Positions 28,537 to 32,000 of a stretch of DNA of 32,000 nt are shown piece after piece. The stretch lies in the sequence record OZ244522.1, one strand, 5' to 3'. How positions within the stretch are numbered: position 1 is the stretch's first letter; each line of letters begins with the position of its first letter. Position numbers and translations under genes: made by a program. The notes beneath the pieces are model-generated. The model was given only the letters and a program-made list of their open reading frames with translations, did no database searches and was not told the origin of the DNA.

Positions 28537-29505
28537 GGGTGTTAAGCAGGTCCGGTGTGGTTAAAGAGCGATGGCAGTAGATAATAATGAATAAAATTTT
28601 ACCCGGTTAATCAAATTAAGAGCCTTCACATTTTAAAAATAAGGTTATAAAAATTTATAATACCGAATCTACTAATTTTTTTTAACTTTTCCTGCTTTCT
28701 AGTCTAATTTTATACTTTTTCAATTAAAAATTAAAGTTTTTATCTTTTAATTTCACTTTAGCCTATTAAGTTGGTAAATTTAAGGCCTTAAGGCTCCCTT
28801 TCTTAATAAGGTTATTTAGGGTCCAGGGGTCGTAAGGCCTTAAAATATTCCATTTTACCTTGTAATTAGTTTTGTATGCACTCCACATTCTTTACCTATA
28901 TCTCTTTTCTTAAATTTCCTTTTCGGTCGTCGCCTTCCTTTAGGAAAACTGGAACATATTTATATTTAAATGGTGAGGTTTGGAACATGGTTAGCGAGGT
29001 AAAGATGTACCTAAATTTACTTTAAATAATCAGGCTACAAATTTTATAAAGAATGGTGGAAGATTCCCTTAATTAAAAAAATAGGATAAACCTATAAAAG
29101 CATAAAAGAAGTTTATTAGCTCCATTTAATATAACCCCCTGAAGAATAATAGCCTGGAAGAGCTGTTAAGTAATTGGATCTGAATTGATTTCTTTAAAAT
29201 TTTTATACGATTAAAATAAAATTTTATCAAAATTTCTTGCTTGTCTTTTCCTGTTTTATGGCTGGTAAGTAAAATATTAGGACCAGGTAATTAGGATAGT
29301 TCATATTTTCATGCTAAATTTAATAGCTTATAGGCTCTCTGCTCTTATATTAAGTTAGGCTATGAAAGTCGAAAAACTCTCTGCCTTTCTTTGCCGGTCT
29401 TAAATAAATATAAAAGTTGCGTGGTATCCTTGGGCGAGATATTGATTTCTGCCAAGAATTTTCTAATCTTTTAAAACTTTAATTGACTCATAAAAGGTTA
29501 AAAAA

Positions 29506-29630
29506 GGACTAGCCTTCGGTCTAGCTCTACGCCCTCCAGCCAAGCCGCCACTAAAGTTTCTATTGGTTGATTTCAAAGTAGAAATCTTTAAAAAATAGGG
29601 AAGGCGGAGAAGGGCTAGGCCGACGGAGTG
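29506..29630. repeat. long hairpin module (GC-rich ends, AT-rich inner stem)
   Basis: ggactagccttcggtctagctctacgccctccagccaagccgccactaaagtttcta ... tagaaatctttaaaaaatagggaaggcggagaagggctaggccgacggagtg. ctagcc(c)ttc and aaagtttcta/tagaaatcttt can pair. Confidence 0.6.
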
Positions 29631-29801
29631 AAAAAGTTTCTTCTGCTAGCTACAAATTTTCTAGGTTTCTAATCTTTTTATAAATCCGACTATCACTATG
29701 CAAAAATTTTAGGTCTGATAAGGTATTGAGTCTTGCGGCCTATAAAAAAATTTTTATATTTTATTAATTTAAGAGCTCTATTAATTTACTTCTAAAACTT
29801 T

Positions 29802-30006
29802 ATCCATACCTCCCCTGCACCTCTACCTGAGGGAATTGAGGGAAAAGGAGGATAGTCCCGAGGCTGGGAAAGGGGAAACTTTTTTCTATTTAAATAGTTG
29901 AGGTATAACTTCTCCAAGGAGTTTGCCCTGTTCTTTACCTCTAAAGGCTCGAACTCTAATAAGGGGTGTATAGGTATAAGGGAGTTGTTTGGAAATATGG
30001 GGAGCT
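29802..30006. repeat. two adjacent GC modules
   Basis: atccatacctcccctgcacctctacctg / agggaattgagggaaaaggaggatagtcccgaggctgggaaaggggaa, followed by ttgccctgttctttacctc / aaggggtgtataggtataagggag..atggggag. Confidence 0.5.
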
Positions 30007-30398
30007 GCATATGGAAAAAAAGGTCTTTTAACTTTACCTCTTTATTTAAACTGGTCCATCTCTTTTTAACTTCTTAGTTTCTCTAGTTTTTAAGGTTTAG
30101 CCAATTTATATTTTATAATATCTACGTCTACCCCCTCAAATTTTACAGATTTTAATTATAAGACCCTAACTTTTTTATAAAAATAAGGGCTGATAATCAT
30201 CCAGACTCTTCCGGTATTTTGTCCATAGAGGGGAGATGGCAAAGGTAGATGGGAGTAAAAAAAAATTTTTTTAAGTAAAGATCTTTTTGCTTATAGATTA
30301 AAAGGTGTATTAAAATAAATTAGTCTAAAAGTACCTCATTAACCCTTTCATAATGTTTAATAAATAAAAATTTTAATCAAATAATAAGAAAAGACTAT

Positions 30399-30470
30399 TC
30401 TCCCTCCTCCTTTTTTTATACATATCCGCTTCTTTAGCCTTAATCCTTTAGAGGGAGACGGTTAAGGTCC
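30399..30470. repeat. GC module
   Basis: tctccctcctcc...ccgcttctttagccttaatccttt / agagggagacggttaaggtcc. ccttaa pairs with ttaagg. Confidence 0.5.
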
Positions 30471-30873
30471 TAAATATAACAGAACCAGTTAAAGGAAAGG
30501 GCCCTTTTTTTTTATTTTTTTTTTTTTAAGATTCTCTTTTAATAATACTTACTTAAACTTTTATAGTGGCAGAGCCCTTATATTTTTCTTAGACATTATA
30601 AAAAAGTAGTTTAAAAAAGTTTTCACTTATGTTTTCTATAACTTAAATAAAATTTTATGGATTCACTGATGTTAGGTAGATTAATTATTAATATAGACTT
30701 GTATCTTAGCTAGTCCTTTCACTTAGCCTACTTTTTCTGCCCTAAAAGCAGAATGTACACGGCTTGATTTGTCTAGGATGTATTTGTCGAGTTTAAAAAA
30801 ATATTATTAATTATTAGCCTCTCTACTTTTTATTCGCTCCTTTCTTTAAAAGGTCCAAGTCCTTTTAGCTGTT

Positions 30874-31680
30874 ATGATTTTTTTAAGTATATTAATCTTT
30901 ATCTTAGCGATGTCGCTACCTTTCTTTAAAACTCAAATAACTCCAATTTTTTTTTCTAGAATTGCTGCTTTAGCTTTTCTCTATGCCGGAGCATTAACTT
31001 TTAATGCTTTACATATTCAGTCTATTGGATCGGGTATAGGGATTTATAGCGGGTTTTTTCAAACAACTTACTTTAGTTTATTTATTGAAACTTTTCTTTA
31101 TGTAATAGGTGCCCTAATACTATTAAGTAGCTCTTTAGTAAAAAGTGAAATTCTTTCTTTTAATTTTTCTGGTGAGAAGGGTGGGGTTCACTACACTAAA
31201 AGAACTTCTAAAATAATGCCTTTTACGGGTTGGATTTCCAAATCTAAAGAATATTCTTTAATAGCTTTATTTAGTACTCTAGGAGGCTCTTTATTATTAT
31301 CTTCTGGAGATTTGTTATCTATGTATTTAAGTATAGAGTTACAATCTTTTGGATTATATATCTTAGCTACTCTGTATAGAGACTCAGGTTCAGCAACAGG
31401 AGCAGGTTTAAAGTATTTTTTATTAGGGGGACTTTCTTCTTGTTTAATTTTATTAGGGGCATCATTGGTATACAGCTTTACAGGTTTAACTAATTTTGAA
31501 TCCATTTATAGTCTAATATCTGTAATGGGGTCCGCCTCTATGAATAATTATTCTTTAATTAATTTAAATTTAGGGGAAAGTTTAACTGAAAACGTAAATC
31601 AAGGTCTTAGCTTAGGTTTAATTTTAATAGTAGTAGGCTTTTTATTTAAAATAGCAGGAGCTCCTTTTCATAATTGGTCA
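30874..31680 (+). CDS. nad2: NADH dehydrogenase subunit 2, exon 1 (3' border +/-3 nt)
   Basis: From ATG 30874: ...EYSLIALFSTLGGSLLLSSGDLLSMYLSIELQSFGLYILATLYRDSGSATGAGLKYFLLGGLSSCLILLGASLVYSFTGLTNF...GFLFKIAGAPFHNWS. Homology stops where P-D-V-Y is expected, and the frame then reads LGPFYIF...* instead. Confidence 0.85.
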
Positions 31681-32000
31681 TTAGGCCCTTTTTATATATT
31701 CTGTTTAATATTAGCCTTTATTATTAATTTAATAAATTATTAATAATTATGCCGAGCGATAAAATAATTAATTTTATATTTTACATTAGCCTGGCGTAGC
31801 CCTTAAACTTTAATAAGAGAAATTTACTATATGCTGGAAACATTTATATTAGAGTAATTTCTTTAATAGTAACAGATTATTCTCTTTACCCCTTTACCTG
31901 GCTCTTATTTTAGCCCTATTGTGTTAGATAAAGGGGAAGGGCCAGAGTAGTTTCTATTGTAATCAACCAGCAGGGAAGCAAATTTAGCTCCCTCAGAGAC
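31681..32000 (+). mobile_element. nad2 intron 1, 5' part (group I; runs off the window)
   Basis: NAD2 homology is lost after FHNWS. tatatgctggaaa lies at 31828-31840. Q-like aaccagcagg (31965-31974) and R-like ccctcagagac (31990-32000). Confidence 0.65.
31881..31950. repeat. GC module inside the nad2 intron
   Basis: tctctttacccctttacctggctc / gataaaggggaagggccagagtag. The reverse complement of the right arm, ctactctggcccttcccctttatc, shares ctct...cccctttа-type blocks with the left arm. Confidence 0.55.

Noticed and set aside
29355-29375. gaaagtc string reminiscent of the RNase P RNA CR-I motif
   Set aside because: There is no matching CR-V partner (...cggctta) at a suitable distance and no P4 pairing. 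A 7-mer alone is not evidence.
29792-30010. 72-aa minus-strand ORF
   Set aside because: It covers the two GC modules at 29802-30006. It is low-complexity and P/L-rich.
31191-31505. 104-aa minus-strand ORF
   Set aside because: It is antisense to conserved nad2 exon 1. AT-rich coding DNA often leaves the antisense frame open.

Overview
Strongly AT-rich mitochondrial DNA, almost certainly fungal, read with TGA=Trp (code 4). The supplied ORF track treats TGA as stop, so it truncates or misses several reading frames. All recognisable genes lie on the + strand: cox1 3' end, trnI(GAU), trnH(GUG), trnM(CAU), nad1, nad6, cob, and nad2 exon 1 with the start of its intron. nad1 has 2 exons and one group I intron carrying an intact GIY-YIG ORF. 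cob has 6 exons and 5 group I introns spread over about 10.6 kb, with micro-exons of 36, 67 and 46 nt. By my coordinates, exons plus tRNAs total about 4 kb, introns about 11.4 kb and intergenic spacer about 16.5 kb. The cob introns carry homing-endonuclease genes in every state of decay. One intron holds two tandem, overlapping, apparently intact LAGLIDADG ORFs, and it sits directly after codon G143. The non-coding DNA contains many GC-rich modules, each a CT-rich arm followed by a GA-rich arm (imperfect hairpins), and some of them reach into reading frames. It also contains several short over-represented GC motif families: CGCTCCGCGC, the palindrome TAAGGCCTTA, TAGCCCTTAAA and a 23-mer. No rRNA gene, CRISPR array or plasmid-like polymerase gene is visible. 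Intron borders come from conserved protein junctions plus the group I rule (5' exon ends in U, intron ends in G) and may be off by a few nt.
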